From Prevotella sp. (GTDB taxonomy: Bacteria; Bacteroidota; Bacteroidia; Bacteroidales; Dysgonomonadaceae), in contig JAITVV010000089.1 of assembly GCA_031285625.1 (NCBI GenBank), positions 1-64,000 on the forward strand: a stretch of DNA of 64,000 nucleotides. Reading direction: 5' to 3'. Shown here piece by piece: positions 40,696 through 51,540 of the stretch; within the stretch, counting starts at the first letter, position 1, and every line of letters begins with the position of its first letter. Made by a program: the position numbers and the translations under genes. A model generated the notes under the pieces. It saw only the letters and a program-made list of their open reading frames with translations. It was not told where the DNA came from and ran no database searches.

Positions 40696-41451
40696 CCACT
40701 TCCGCACTTTTCTTTTCTCCATCAACGAATATATTTTTAGCATGAAAGGAAAGGCTCGTCCAATAGGATAAAATAAACGGAATAAGACAGACGGATAAAT
40801 ATTCTTTTTCCCTTTCTCAATTCCCCTTACAATTGTTCGCGCCACAGTCTTAGCATCCTGAATAGGGAAAGGCAAGGGAGTTTCCTTTTCACCAGTAGCC
40901 TTATCAAAAAAATCTGTACGGGTAGCCACCGGGTAAACTGCTGTGATTTGCAAATTCCGGGATTGCTCATAACGATAGGTTTGTACGAAGTGATGCAATG
41001 CAGCTTTTGTGGAACAATAAAGTGAATACGCAGGTAAAGAAGCTAATCCTGCGCCTGACACCGTACACACAAAAGCTATTTTACCCTTATACTGTGTGAC
41101 CAATTTCTCAAGGGAATAGATAGGAGAAAAAACATTCAGGCTATATATATCTTCAATATGCTGCCAGTCAGGCTTATCCAATTTTTCTAAATATGCATAT
41201 CCGGCATTGGCAATGTATACATCAACATGCCCCAATAACTGGCTTGCATATCCAAATACTTTATCTACACCATCTTGTGTGCTTACATCGGCAGCAAACG
41301 GATAAATATTCTCTACTTGTGGAATAGTATCTATATGGCGGGCAACTGCCACTATCTTCGCATCCTTAAAAGTGATTAGCAAAGAAAGTATCTCTTTACC
41401 AATACCGGATGATGCTCCTGTGAGAATAATATTTTTGCCAGTTAAATCCAT
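40684..41451 (-). CDS. SDR-family oxidoreductase
   Basis: TGASSGIG, NAG and YCSTK motifs. Confidence 0.9.
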   Translation of the reverse strand: MDLTGKNIILTGASSGIGKEILSLLITFKDAKIVAVARHIDTIPQVENIYPFAADVSTQDGVDKVFGYASQLLGHVDVYIANAGYAYLEKLDKPDWQHIEDIYSLNVFSPIYSLEKLVTQYKGKIAFVCTVSGAGLASLPAYSLYCSTKAALHHFVQTYRYEQSRNLQITAVYPVATRTDFFDKATGEKETPLPFPIQDAKTVARTIVRGIEKGKKNIYPSVLFRLFYPIGRAFPFMLKIYSLMEKRKVRKWLRF

Positions 41452-41454
41452 AAA

Positions 41455-43089
41455 TCAATCATTCCAAAGTAATGTGAACTCATTTATTTTTTGAGTCTGA
41501 AATTCCGTGAGATCAATATTATACTTATCCAGATCAGAAGAATATACGATATATAAGGTTTTTGATATTGGCTGTATCTCTGGCGGTGTATAAAGATAAT
41601 GTTTACCATAACTTGTTATGCCGCCTCCAACACCGGATTTTGTCCGTTCAAATTCATATGGGCTAACAGGATCATAAAACATCGGTATTACATATATTGT
41701 CCCATCCGGATAATATATACGATCAAAATTTTTATTCCCGGAAAACTCTTGTAGCTTATCATAATTTCTAGGAAAGCCGATTAAAGGAGCATTCTCTCCA
41801 AAAAGGTGAATATACTTTACAGCAAATACTATTGTCAGAATACAAGCAGCCCCGATAAGAGCGTATCCCGATTTTTTAACTTTTTCGAAACAGAAGGAAA
41901 GGCCTCTGCCTACAAAATACATTAAAGGAAACCAAACTAGATTCCAATGATTCACATTGGGGCGTACGATCAATATAATAGGGAGAGTGGACAGTAACCA
42001 GAGGCCAAATATGAGATCCCATGTACTGAACTTCCTTGTATATATGAGACGGATTAATGCCCAGATAGCAAAAGGCATACCCAGCAAATTATAAAACTGG
42101 CCTATATAGCGTATACTGTTCCATGGCAATCCGTCATCACCTGTAAAAAGCATGGATATACCACGCAGAATGTACCCTAAGTAATATCCTGACCCTAATA
42201 TAGTAGTATCGTTATGTCTCGATTCTACCAGTGAAGTGATTGTAATTCCGCCCACCGTAAATGCTTCACCCTTTGCGATTAAGAGGTTATAAGCAAAAAG
42301 GATCAGCGGAAATAATAAGATCAAAAGCAAAAGCAAGCATGTACCTGTTTGTAATATTGTAATTCTCTTCTTTCTATAAAGGAATATAAACAGGAATATG
42401 ACAAAGAAAGGAAGCATGAACCAGCTTACGCCATAGCTATATGCCGCCAAGGAGAATAATAGACATCCTCCCAGATAGTAAAGCAAACTTTTTTGTATTT
42501 TCTGCGTATAAACATAATACCCTAAAACAAAAAGACAGACCCCAATCAAAACAAAATCAGGAGACAGGTTGCAATCCAGTGCCCATCGGCTCTTCATTAT
42601 ATGCCAGGGACTGATGATAAAAAGTAAGATGATAATAAAAGTAAGGAAAGTATTCTGCTGCGTTCTTCTTAATGTATAATATAGGAAGATCAGTGAAATG
42701 CAGCTAACCAAGGCCATGGGTAACCTGTAGACAGGTGCAGAAAGCCCAAATAGTTTAATAAAAGGTATTCCCAGATATGAATAAACAGCACTTTGCCCGG
42801 TTCCCCACGATTTCAGATATACAGGATAAGATAACAGATGCTGATCAACTCCATAATAGGCTAAACACCACGAATCATAGCCACTGATAGCTTCATCGAC
42901 AAATATTCCAGAAGGCACGGACAAATCTATTGTCCGCAAGAGAACCCCTATCAAGATAGCAATCTGAGTCCACAATATATATTTTCTATCCTCAGATGAC
43001 TCTATCTTGCTTCTTTTTACTTCCTTGTAATTGAAAAACAATACAAACAATACAAAAAGAAATAGTGCAATAAGATATGATTCGATCAT
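41455..43089 (-). CDS. ArnT/GT39-like membrane glycosyltransferase
   Basis: Multiple TM segments; luminal DE motif; PWHIMKSRW. Confidence 0.7.
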   Translation of the reverse strand: MIESYLIALFLFVLFVLFFNYKEVKRSKIESSEDRKYILWTQIAILIGVLLRTIDLSVPSGIFVDEAISGYDSWCLAYYGVDQHLLSYPVYLKSWGTGQSAVYSYLGIPFIKLFGLSAPVYRLPMALVSCISLIFLYYTLRRTQQNTFLTFIIILLFIISPWHIMKSRWALDCNLSPDFVLIGVCLFVLGYYVYTQKIQKSLLYYLGGCLLFSLAAYSYGVSWFMLPFFVIFLFIFLYRKKRITILQTGTCLLLLLILLFPLILFAYNLLIAKGEAFTVGGITITSLVESRHNDTTILGSGYYLGYILRGISMLFTGDDGLPWNSIRYIGQFYNLLGMPFAIWALIRLIYTRKFSTWDLIFGLWLLSTLPIILIVRPNVNHWNLVWFPLMYFVGRGLSFCFEKVKKSGYALIGAACILTIVFAVKYIHLFGENAPLIGFPRNYDKLQEFSGNKNFDRIYYPDGTIYVIPMFYDPVSPYEFERTKSGVGGGITSYGKHYLYTPPEIQPISKTLYIVYSSDLDKYNIDLTEFQTQKINEFTLLWND

Positions 43090-43098
43090 CCTGATACC

Positions 43099-43971
43099 TT
43101 ATGTCCTTATTTTATCAAAGCCTTCTCCGTATACTCCACGAACAGTACTTTGAGAAATAAATGCTTTTTCATCTATGCTTTTTATCAAACGGAACATCTC
43201 CAGAGCTTCGGTACGTTTTGCAAGCACAATCACAACCTTGGTAGGTTTCTTTGTATACCATCCTGTTCCGTCTAATACTGTACATCCACGATGCAACTCT
43301 GTATTGATAGCATCAGCTATTACGTCATACTTTTCGGAGAAAATGAGTATCTGTACTGATTGTCTGAAGCCATTGATAACCATATCGATGCTATAGGTCA
43401 TTACACCCATTACAATAAGGCCATATATAATTGTCTGATAATTATAGAAAATGAAATATGAGCAACAAATAATAGTAAAATCACACAGTAGCATTCCCCG
43501 CCCAAAAGCAATATTCTTATATTTATTGATGAGGGCAACAATAATATCAGTCCCCCCGGTACTACCGTTGCAACTAAATACTAAACCGATACCTACACCA
43601 CACATCATACCACCTATTACTCCTGATAAAAGCGGTTCATTCTTTACTATGGGCTCCGTTATATAAGTTTGGCAGATTGTCAATAAGAAAGTAAGAACAA
43701 CTACCCCGTAAATAGTCTTTATCATAAATTTAAGACCAAGTACCTTCAGTGCAACAAATAACAAGGCACAGTTAGTAAGGAAATAGGTGTATTGCAAAGG
43801 TATACTTCCATTTGTGGCATATTCTACAAGAAGGGCAATACCAGTCAGCCCTCCGGTTACAATACCTCCGGGTTTTATAAATCCTATCAACCCAATGGCA
43901 TAAATAGTAAGCCCTACAAGTATAAGTGCGTAATCTTTCCAGTAAAAATCTTTTAAGTATCTTTTGGGCAT
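43099..43971 (-). CDS. YitT-family membrane protein
   Basis: GGLTG, STGGTDI, RGCT...GWY and V.GEGF motifs. Confidence 0.9.
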   Translation of the reverse strand: MPKRYLKDFYWKDYALILVGLTIYAIGLIGFIKPGGIVTGGLTGIALLVEYATNGSIPLQYTYFLTNCALLFVALKVLGLKFMIKTIYGVVVLTFLLTICQTYITEPIVKNEPLLSGVIGGMMCGVGIGLVFSCNGSTGGTDIIVALINKYKNIAFGRGMLLCDFTIICCSYFIFYNYQTIIYGLIVMGVMTYSIDMVINGFRQSVQILIFSEKYDVIADAINTELHRGCTVLDGTGWYTKKPTKVVIVLAKRTEALEMFRLIKSIDEKAFISQSTVRGVYGEGFDKIRT

Positions 43972-43986
43972 AAAGTATTAATTTTC

Positions 43987-46788
43987 TTACAATACTATAT
44001 TTACAATTTTCTTAGGAACAATGATCACTTTCTTAGGAGTCTTTCCTTCAAGCCATTTTGCTGAATTCTGATGTTCCAAAACTGTTTTTTCTATTTCATC
44101 ATTCGGGGTATCTACTGCAAATTCAATGTTGAAGCGTGCCTTTCCGTTGAATGATACAGTGTAGTTAACAACATCTTCAACCAAATACGCCTCATTGAAA
44201 ACAGGCCATTCTTCACCAAAGATGGATGCTTTATTACCTAACGCATTCCAAAGCTCTTCCGTAATAAACGGCGCAAACGGTGCAAGAACGATCAGTAATT
44301 CTTCTAAAATAGCTTTCTTGTTACATTTAGATGAAGTCAGTTCATTTACACAAATCATAAATGCAGATACCGAAGTATTGAAAGAGAATGCTTCAATATC
44401 TCCCGAAACTTTCTTTATCAGCTTATGTAGTGATTTCAACTCATCTTTTGTAGGTTCAGCATCTGTAACCGCAAATTCGTCACCTTTGTAGAAAAGGTTC
44501 CATACTTTACGTAAGAAACGGTGAACACCATCGATACCATTCATATCCCATGGTTTGGATTGCTCTAAAGGTCCAAGGAACATCTCATACATGCGAAGTG
44601 TATCTGCTCCATATCTCTCAGCCACATCATCAGGATTCACTACATTGTGGTAGCGTTTTCCCATTTTTTCGATAGTCCAGCCACAAATATATTTTCCATC
44701 CTCAAGGATGAATTCTGCTGTCTCAAACTCAGGACGCCATAACTTGAATCTCTCTATATCTAATATATCGTTACTTACAATATTCACGTCCACATGAATT
44801 TCAGATGTTTCATATTGATCTTTTAGATTATACGATACAAATTTGTTTGTTCCATTGATACGGTACACAAGACTACTGCGTCCCTGTATCATACCCTGGT
44901 TAATCAGTTTTTTGAATGGTTCGTCTTCACAAGACACACCTATATCAAATAAGAATTTGTCCCAGAAGCGGCTGTATATCAAGTGTCCTGTTGCATGTTC
45001 GGTTCCTCCTATATACAAATCCACATTACGCCAGTACTCATCCTTTTCTTTCGATACCAATTCCTCTTCATTATACGGATCCATATAATGTAAATAGTAA
45101 GCTGATGATCCGGCAAAGCCCGGCATTGTATTTAGTTCTAACGGGAAAACAGTTTTATGATCTATCTTAGATGTCTCCACAACCTTTCCGTTTGCCTCAT
45201 CCCATGCCCATTTTACAGCTCGTCCCAATGGTGGTTCTCCTGTTTCGGTTGGCAGATATTTATCTACCTCAGGCAGTTCTAACGGAAGTTTATCTATAGG
45301 AAGCATGTAAGGAAGTTCCCCTTTATAGTAAACAGGGAATGGCTCTCCCCAATAACGCTGACGAGAGAATATAGCATCGCGAAGCCGGTAATTTACCTTT
45401 ACACGTCCCAACTTATTATCCTTGATATATTGTCTGGCTTTCTCTATAGCTTCTTTTACTTCCAGTCCATTCAAAAAACCGGAATTCATCATAACACCTT
45501 CTTTGGCATCAAAGCTTTCTTCTGAGATATCGCAGCCTTCTATTAGTGGAATAATAGGCAGATTAAAATGTTTAGCAAAAGCATAGTCGCGGCTATCATG
45601 TCCCGGAACGGCCATAATTGCACCTGTACCGTATCCTGCAAGTACATAATCTGATGTCCAGATAGGTATTTCTTTTCCATTGAACGGATTAATTGCATAC
45701 GATCCGGTAAATACACCCGATATTTTCTTGTCCATCAGACGGTCACGCTCTGTACGGCGTTTTGTTGCATCCAGGTAAGCATCTACCTCGGCTTTTTGCT
45801 CCGGAGTAGTTACCTGATACAGATATTCACTTTCGGGAGCAAGTACCATAAAGGTTACACCAAAGATTGTATCTGCACGTGTAGTGAAGATCTCAAATTC
45901 GACATCCGAATCTTTCACCTTAAACTTCATCTCCGCACCTTCGCTACGGCCTATCCAGTTGCGTTGTGTTTCTTTGATCGAGTCGCTCCACTCTATTTTA
46001 TCAAGACCATCCAACAAGCGCTGTGCATATGCAGAAGTACGCAGACTCCATTGACGCATCAAACGTTGTTCTACAGGGTATCCCCCACGTTCTGATAAAC
46101 CACCGATAACCTCATCGTTTGCCAATACCGTACCTAATGCTGCACACCAGTTAACGGTAGTATCACTCAAATAGGCAATACGGTAATTAAGTAATATCTC
46201 TTGTTGTTTTTCTTCTGAATAAGATTTCCACTCTGCTGCACTAAAATTCAATTCTTCACTACAAGCTATATTCAAGCCTTCTGTTCCTACCTGTCCAAAA
46301 GCCTCTATCAGTTCGGCAATAGGACGGGCCTGTTGCTCATCATTGCAATAGTAGCTATTAAACATTTGGATAAATGCCCATTGCGTCCATTTGTAATACC
46401 GTGGATCACATGTTTGTATTTCGCGACTCCAGTCAAATGAAAAGCCAATCTTATCCAATTGCTGGCGGTAACGTGCAATATTTTCAGCAGTTGTAATGGC
46501 AGGATGCTGCCCTGTCTGAATCGCATATTGTTCTGCCGGAAGGCCATATGCATCATATCCCATTGGATGAAGTACATTAAAGCCTTTCAGTCTTTTATAT
46601 CTTGCAAATATATCGGATGCAATATATCCGAGTGGATGCCCTACATGAAGCCCTGCTCCTGATGGATAAGGGAACATATCGAGGACATAATATTTTGGTT
46701 TATTATTATCTTCAGTTACTTTATAAGTTGTGTTATCAATCCAGTATTGATTCCAGCGTTTTTCGATTTCTTTAAAATTGTATTCCAT
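43987..46788 (-). CDS. leuS: Leucine--tRNA ligase
   Basis: [25 protein letters not shown] and [11 protein letters not shown] motifs. Confidence 0.98.
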   Translation of the reverse strand: MEYNFKEIEKRWNQYWIDNTTYKVTEDNNKPKYYVLDMFPYPSGAGLHVGHPLGYIASDIFARYKRLKGFNVLHPMGYDAYGLPAEQYAIQTGQHPAITTAENIARYRQQLDKIGFSFDWSREIQTCDPRYYKWTQWAFIQMFNSYYCNDEQQARPIAELIEAFGQVGTEGLNIACSEELNFSAAEWKSYSEEKQQEILLNYRIAYLSDTTVNWCAALGTVLANDEVIGGLSERGGYPVEQRLMRQWSLRTSAYAQRLLDGLDKIEWSDSIKETQRNWIGRSEGAEMKFKVKDSDVEFEIFTTRADTIFGVTFMVLAPESEYLYQVTTPEQKAEVDAYLDATKRRTERDRLMDKKISGVFTGSYAINPFNGKEIPIWTSDYVLAGYGTGAIMAVPGHDSRDYAFAKHFNLPIIPLIEGCDISEESFDAKEGVMMNSGFLNGLEVKEAIEKARQYIKDNKLGRVKVNYRLRDAIFSRQRYWGEPFPVYYKGELPYMLPIDKLPLELPEVDKYLPTETGEPPLGRAVKWAWDEANGKVVETSKIDHKTVFPLELNTMPGFAGSSAYYLHYMDPYNEEELVSKEKDEYWRNVDLYIGGTEHATGHLIYSRFWDKFLFDIGVSCEDEPFKKLINQGMIQGRSSLVYRINGTNKFVSYNLKDQYETSEIHVDVNIVSNDILDIERFKLWRPEFETAEFILEDGKYICGWTIEKMGKRYHNVVNPDDVAERYGADTLRMYEMFLGPLEQSKPWDMNGIDGVHRFLRKVWNLFYKGDEFAVTDAEPTKDELKSLHKLIKKVSGDIEAFSFNTSVSAFMICVNELTSSKCNKKAILEELLIVLAPFAPFITEELWNALGNKASIFGEEWPVFNEAYLVEDVVNYTVSFNGKARFNIEFAVDTPNDEIEKTVLEHQNSAKWLEGKTPKKVIIVPKKIVNIVL

Positions 46789-46918
46789 AACCAAGTTTGT
46801 TGCAATTTTTTTATTGGCGCAAAGATAGTTATTTCTTTAGATTAAAACGAATTAATGAACCTCTTTCCATATAGTATTCTTTCCTAATTTTGTCTTATAT
46901 AGTGAGGCTTTGGGTAAT

Positions 46919-46980
46919 AAAAAGGTAACAAGGTAACATAAAAAAAACAGCTGAAAGTTGTCACTTTTGTTACTTTTTTT
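46919..46980. repeat. Dispersed intergenic AAAGTRACA element, copy C
   Basis: ggtaacaaggtaaca, 20-bp spacer, then tgtcacttttgttactttt. Confidence 0.65.
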
Positions 46981-47108
46981 GTTGAGAGATTCTTTGGAGA
47001 TTAAAGCCTCCAAAAATAAAATTCAATATTTTTCAATTTTGCAATGTATACTTTACAAAATAATACATACTTTTGCAAAGTAAAGATTACAAAATAGACA
47101 TAAAATAT

Positions 47109-48413
47109 ATGAAAAATAAAAAATTCGCAGAAGTAAATAAAGGATATTCCACTAAAGAAGCTGTAGAAGAAGCAAAGCGATGCCTCAATTGTAAAACGCC
47201 TCTTTGCATGCAAGGTTGTCCTATTGAGCATGACATACCAGGATTTGTAAATCAGCTTTCGATGGGTAATATCGGAGCAGCAATGCAGATTATTAATGAA
47301 AAAAGCAACCTGCCTGCTATCTGTGGGAGAGTATGTCCTCACGAAAAGCAATGCGAAGGACATTGTATCCTCAATAAGAGGAATAACCCGGTAAAAGTAG
47401 GCAAACTGGAACGTTTCATAGCCGATTTTGACAGCGATATGAACCTTATCAAAGAACGCCTCAAACCAAAAACAAGAGGCAAAGTTGCAATAATAGGTTC
47501 GGGACCTGCAGGACTGACTGTCGCCGGAGACCTGGCGCGGGGAGGTTTCAATGTTGTCGTATTTGAAGGACAGAAAGAGCCCGGAGGAGTATTGATGTAT
47601 GGAATACCTGAATATCGGTTGCCTAAAGATATTGTGCGGCGCGAGATCAAGAAAATTGAGGCACTGGGAGTAACTTTTATCAATGACTATCTGGTAGGTG
47701 AAAAAACAACAGTGGATGATATGCTCAATCATGAATTTGACGCAGTATTTATCGGTTCCGGCACTTCTGTTCCTAAAACAGTAGACATACCTGGTATAAA
47801 TCTCTACAGGGTACTTCAGTCTTCTTACTTCTTGCGTATGGTGAACCTGTACAATAATGGTGATATAAGCCGGGCTGCTGTACCATTACTTGAGAATGAG
47901 GATATTGCTATTATTGGAGCCGGTAATGTGGCTATGGATTCTGCCCGTACAGCCTTACGGATGGGAGCAAACTCCGTTACTATTATATACCGTGGCACAG
48001 AAGAAGGTATTCCGGCCTTGAAAACCGAATACAACGAAGCAGTAGAAGAAGGAGTAAAATTCTTATGGCAGAGCAGAACTATTGAATGCATCGGAGAAAA
48101 TAATACACTGAAAGCAATCCGTGTAGAAACACCGGAAGGAGAAAAAATAATTCCGATGAACCGTGTTCTGATTTCTATCGGATCAAAACCGGCTAACAGG
48201 ATTGTATCTACGTCTCTCGGAATAGAGGTTAACGAAAACGGGTATGTGATTACAAAAGAGCATCCTTATGGCATGACTACCCGTAAAGGCGTGTTTGCCG
48301 GGGGTGATGTTGTCCATACTCCCCAGACTGTTGTGTTGGCTATGAGGGAAGCAAAACAAGTTGCAAAAGGGATTGCGCAATATGTGGATGCCGTAAAACT
48401 GCTAAGTCAATGA
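47109..48413 (+). CDS. NAD(P)-dependent Fe-S flavoprotein of the GltD/NfnB/SudA family
   Basis: RCLNC..P.C..GCP, CGRVCP..KQCE, GSGPAG, GAGNVAMD and GVFAGGD motifs. Confidence 0.88.
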   Translation: MKNKKFAEVNKGYSTKEAVEEAKRCLNCKTPLCMQGCPIEHDIPGFVNQLSMGNIGAAMQIINEKSNLPAICGRVCPHEKQCEGHCILNKRNNPVKVGKLERFIADFDSDMNLIKERLKPKTRGKVAIIGSGPAGLTVAGDLARGGFNVVVFEGQKEPGGVLMYGIPEYRLPKDIVRREIKKIEALGVTFINDYLVGEKTTVDDMLNHEFDAVFIGSGTSVPKTVDIPGINLYRVLQSSYFLRMVNLYNNGDISRAAVPLLENEDIAIIGAGNVAMDSARTALRMGANSVTIIYRGTEEGIPALKTEYNEAVEEGVKFLWQSRTIECIGENNTLKAIRVETPEGEKIIPMNRVLISIGSKPANRIVSTSLGIEVNENGYVITKEHPYGMTTRKGVFAGGDVVHTPQTVVLAMREAKQVAKGIAQYVDAVKLLSQ

Positions 48414-49235
48414 TTACCAGTAATCATCGTCATAGTCAACCGTATCGGTATCTCCGTATGCCACACCAACTACGATCAGCCCGGCACCTGCCACAATACC
48501 TAGTGTAGTATAAAGCGCTGTATTGTTAGCCGGTTTTTCTACATAAAAGAAATCGCCGCGTTCGGCCATGCCACCAGCTAGCTCTAGCGGTTTAATCGCG
48601 TTGGTTTTAAGCAGGGTTTCGAGATAAAAATCCTGTTCGTATACAAGTGGTCTATCCGACTGGAAATATACTGTTAAGTAGCTTTTGAATGCGAGCGGAC
48701 TATTACCTTGCTCAAAATCCAGACGTTTCACTTTAACAGCAATATTCTGGGTATTGCCTATACGTGAATCCCGGTAAGATTTGTTATTAATATGCTCAAA
48801 ATTAGGATTTAAACTAAGGGGTGTTTCACTGATCATTGTTTGAGGAGGAACAAAGCTCACACCTTTAGGCAAGACCGCCTGACTGTCAAATCCGCCCCAT
48901 GAATAAGTCTGATTACTATAAAACGTATCCCAATCGCCGGAATAATCTATCTTCTCACCGGCATAAGTCATTGCTACATTATCAATTATGAGGGCTGATC
49001 TTTTCCAGTCTACATACAATGGCTTATCCGATTTATTAAAGACCGTAATCTGTACAGGCCCACCACCTCCCTTAAAACAATAAGCTATCCATAAGCTATC
49101 TGTTTCAAGGAGGAAATCACCATTATCTACTTTTTCAACATATTCATTAGGAGTATTCAAAGTAGAATAAAAGAATGTTGAGCTACATGCCGGAAAAAGC
49201 ATAGCAATAACCAATATACAAAAAATCTGTTTCAT
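48414..49235 (-). CDS. Hypothetical lipoprotein
   Basis: Lipobox PAC; hydrophobic C-terminal segment and acidic tail. Confidence 0.65.
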   Translation of the reverse strand: MKQIFCILVIAMLFPACSSTFFYSTLNTPNEYVEKVDNGDFLLETDSLWIAYCFKGGGGPVQITVFNKSDKPLYVDWKRSALIIDNVAMTYAGEKIDYSGDWDTFYSNQTYSWGGFDSQAVLPKGVSFVPPQTMISETPLSLNPNFEHINNKSYRDSRIGNTQNIAVKVKRLDFEQGNSPLAFKSYLTVYFQSDRPLVYEQDFYLETLLKTNAIKPLELAGGMAERGDFFYVEKPANNTALYTTLGIVAGAGLIVVGVAYGDTDTVDYDDDYW

Positions 49236-49403
49236 CACAAGTTTGCCTAAAGATTCAATAACAAGTAATTACCTGACTTTAAAAATACAAAAGATATTCT
49301 TATTTTGCTATATAAAAGAGATAATAAAAACTTAACCAAAGAATCGTTTTATCATCAAAAAAATACTTATCTTTATAAATCAATCATAATCTGATAGATA
49401 ATT

Positions 49404-50054
49404 ATGACAATATATTATCTATTTATCATACTAGCATGGATTGGAGGTTCTCTCTCGGGTTATTTGATTGCCCAATATCAAAATAACAGATCCAACCGGA
49501 AGACTCAATCTAAAAATTCGATAAAAAGCAAGCAAGCATACCTGTTTGCTAAAGACGTTATGAACATGATCAAGGATGGTAAATTCCTGAACATGCCACA
49601 TAACAAGCTATTTTCTGACTTTAACAATATATTCAGCAAAGTAGAAGTTTACCGGCGTTTATATGAAAGCGGAAAATTAAAAGATATGGATTGTGAAGAA
49701 ATCGCTGTATTTGGTAATCAGATGTTTAGTACAGATGTCACCTTTAATTCTTACACGCTTCTATTTAAAGCAAGAACATATATCAATACCTATCTCTATC
49801 ACTATCATGGAAATAAATCTGACAACAAGAGATTCTGGGAGAGAAAAAAACAAGAAGGGAAAATAAATGATTATAAGATCTATGAGAGATCATTTGCTTA
49901 CCGCATATATAAGGATATACCTTGCTACATATACAAGTTCAGTATATTGAAGGACAATATATCGGGGATATTATTTATGAACATTGTTGACTTACCTATA
50001 GATGGATTTAGAGTAACAGCTTTAATCGCAGCATCGGGGGACCGTAAGATATAA
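49404..50054 (+). CDS. Hypothetical membrane-anchored protein
   Basis: N-terminal TM segment; 216-aa ORF with no recognised motif. Confidence 0.6.
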   Translation: MTIYYLFIILAWIGGSLSGYLIAQYQNNRSNRKTQSKNSIKSKQAYLFAKDVMNMIKDGKFLNMPHNKLFSDFNNIFSKVEVYRRLYESGKLKDMDCEEIAVFGNQMFSTDVTFNSYTLLFKARTYINTYLYHYHGNKSDNKRFWERKKQEGKINDYKIYERSFAYRIYKDIPCYIYKFSILKDNISGILFMNIVDLPIDGFRVTALIAASGDRKI

Positions 50055-50067
50055 TCAAAACAACTAA

Positions 50068-51540
50068 TTATTTCGATTCTACTTTATATAGATATATATC
50101 TAATATATGTAAACTATCCGTGATTAGATTATGCTTTAGCAATTCGGTTTGGTATGTTCTGAATTCTTCCTGAATAGCTCCTCTTTCCTGATGTACTAAA
50201 ATATACCTGCTGAATTTTACGGAATCCGTTTTATCAAAAACAAAGGGTTCGAAATTATTATACTTACCCTGATCAAGAACACAATATTCGCCATCAGGCA
50301 TAATCAATTGAAGACGGGGTATAACATGATAAGAGAAATCATTTACTACAAATATCTGTCTATTGTCGGTTCTTGAAAACTCACGTATTTGATTATATGC
50401 TACCTCTACCTGATTGTAATGCTTAACACCTGAATAGACCCTCACACCTCCTGTAATAAACATTAAAGCAAGAAAAACATAGGATAGTTTTTTATACATA
50501 GGATATTTATTCACTTTAGCCAAAACAAAAGCAAGGCTCAGCACAAAAAGTCCAAATGAACAGGTCATGTACCGCGTAACAAGTATAGGTACATATATAA
50601 ACGAAATAAGTCCTCCCATAAATACCGGAAATAAAAAAGCTAGGAAAGATAAAATAATCAGGTGTTTCATCTTATCTTTCTCTTCAATACTGGCCACTAT
50701 GGCTTTCAATGTTAGCACTAATTGAATACACATTATGATTATCAACCAGACCATCATTTGCATTTTTGTGAAATCAGTGAAAGGCAACCATATATCTTTT
50801 GGTGAATAGAAATAATAAATATGGAGAAACAGGTCGTTTATCGTCAATGGATTTATCCAATAATCTCCGGCAACATCACTAAACTGGGATATTAACTGAA
50901 AAAACCATGGCAAATAAGCCAATGAGAATAGAATACCACATAGGATGAGATATCTCACCTTCCTTTTTTTCAGAATTGAAATAATGAACAAGCATATATA
51001 TATTCCGAATACACTTAACAATCCATAATTATGCAAGTATGCAGCACATATACCAGTACAGAAGAACAATAGCCAACTACTCATTTTGCCACTGACAAAT
51101 ATATCAAATGCACTAAGAGCACATGCCAATACAAAAAACATAGTCCATGAATACATACGTATATCCGTTGCCAGATATTGAGTCACAGGAAACAAGATTA
51201 TCAAAACGATAAAGAATACTGCCACCTTATCACCAAAAAATCTACGTATGGGAAAACATCCCAACAATAATGTGAGAAAAATCCCCAACAGTGAAAAGAG
51301 ACGCAATACGAAGGTAGAACTACCGAAAAGAAGGCTAAAAGTCTTTAATCCCCAATAATAGAAAGGAGGATGAACATCTTTAGCTGTTATATGCATTATA
51401 TCTGAATATGAAGCCTCTATCATAAAAGCTGAATAGGCATCATCATAAGGTATTTCAGTATCCTTTAAGTCAAGAAAGGTAAATAAACCCATCCCAAAAG
51501 TAAGTAAGGATATATATATAAATACTTTGGAGACTTTCAT
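50068..51540 (-). CDS. GT39/PMT-like membrane glycosyltransferase
   Basis: YDDAYS, DVHPPFYY and RMYSW motifs; multiple TM segments. Confidence 0.75.
   Translation of the reverse strand: MKVSKVFIYISLLTFGMGLFTFLDLKDTEIPYDDAYSAFMIEASYSDIMHITAKDVHPPFYYWGLKTFSLLFGSSTFVLRLFSLLGIFLTLLLGCFPIRRFFGDKVAVFFIVLIILFPVTQYLATDIRMYSWTMFFVLACALSAFDIFVSGKMSSWLLFFCTGICAAYLHNYGLLSVFGIYICLFIISILKKRKVRYLILCGILFSLAYLPWFFQLISQFSDVAGDYWINPLTINDLFLHIYYFYSPKDIWLPFTDFTKMQMMVWLIIIMCIQLVLTLKAIVASIEEKDKMKHLIILSFLAFLFPVFMGGLISFIYVPILVTRYMTCSFGLFVLSLAFVLAKVNKYPMYKKLSYVFLALMFITGGVRVYSGVKHYNQVEVAYNQIREFSRTDNRQIFVVNDFSYHVIPRLQLIMPDGEYCVLDQGKYNNFEPFVFDKTDSVKFSRYILVHQERGAIQEEFRTYQTELLKHNLITDSLHILDIYLYKVESK

Noticed and set aside
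47001-47732. 243-aa minus-strand ORF
   Set aside because: Antisense shadow of the well-supported GltD/NfnB-like gene; no motifs of its own
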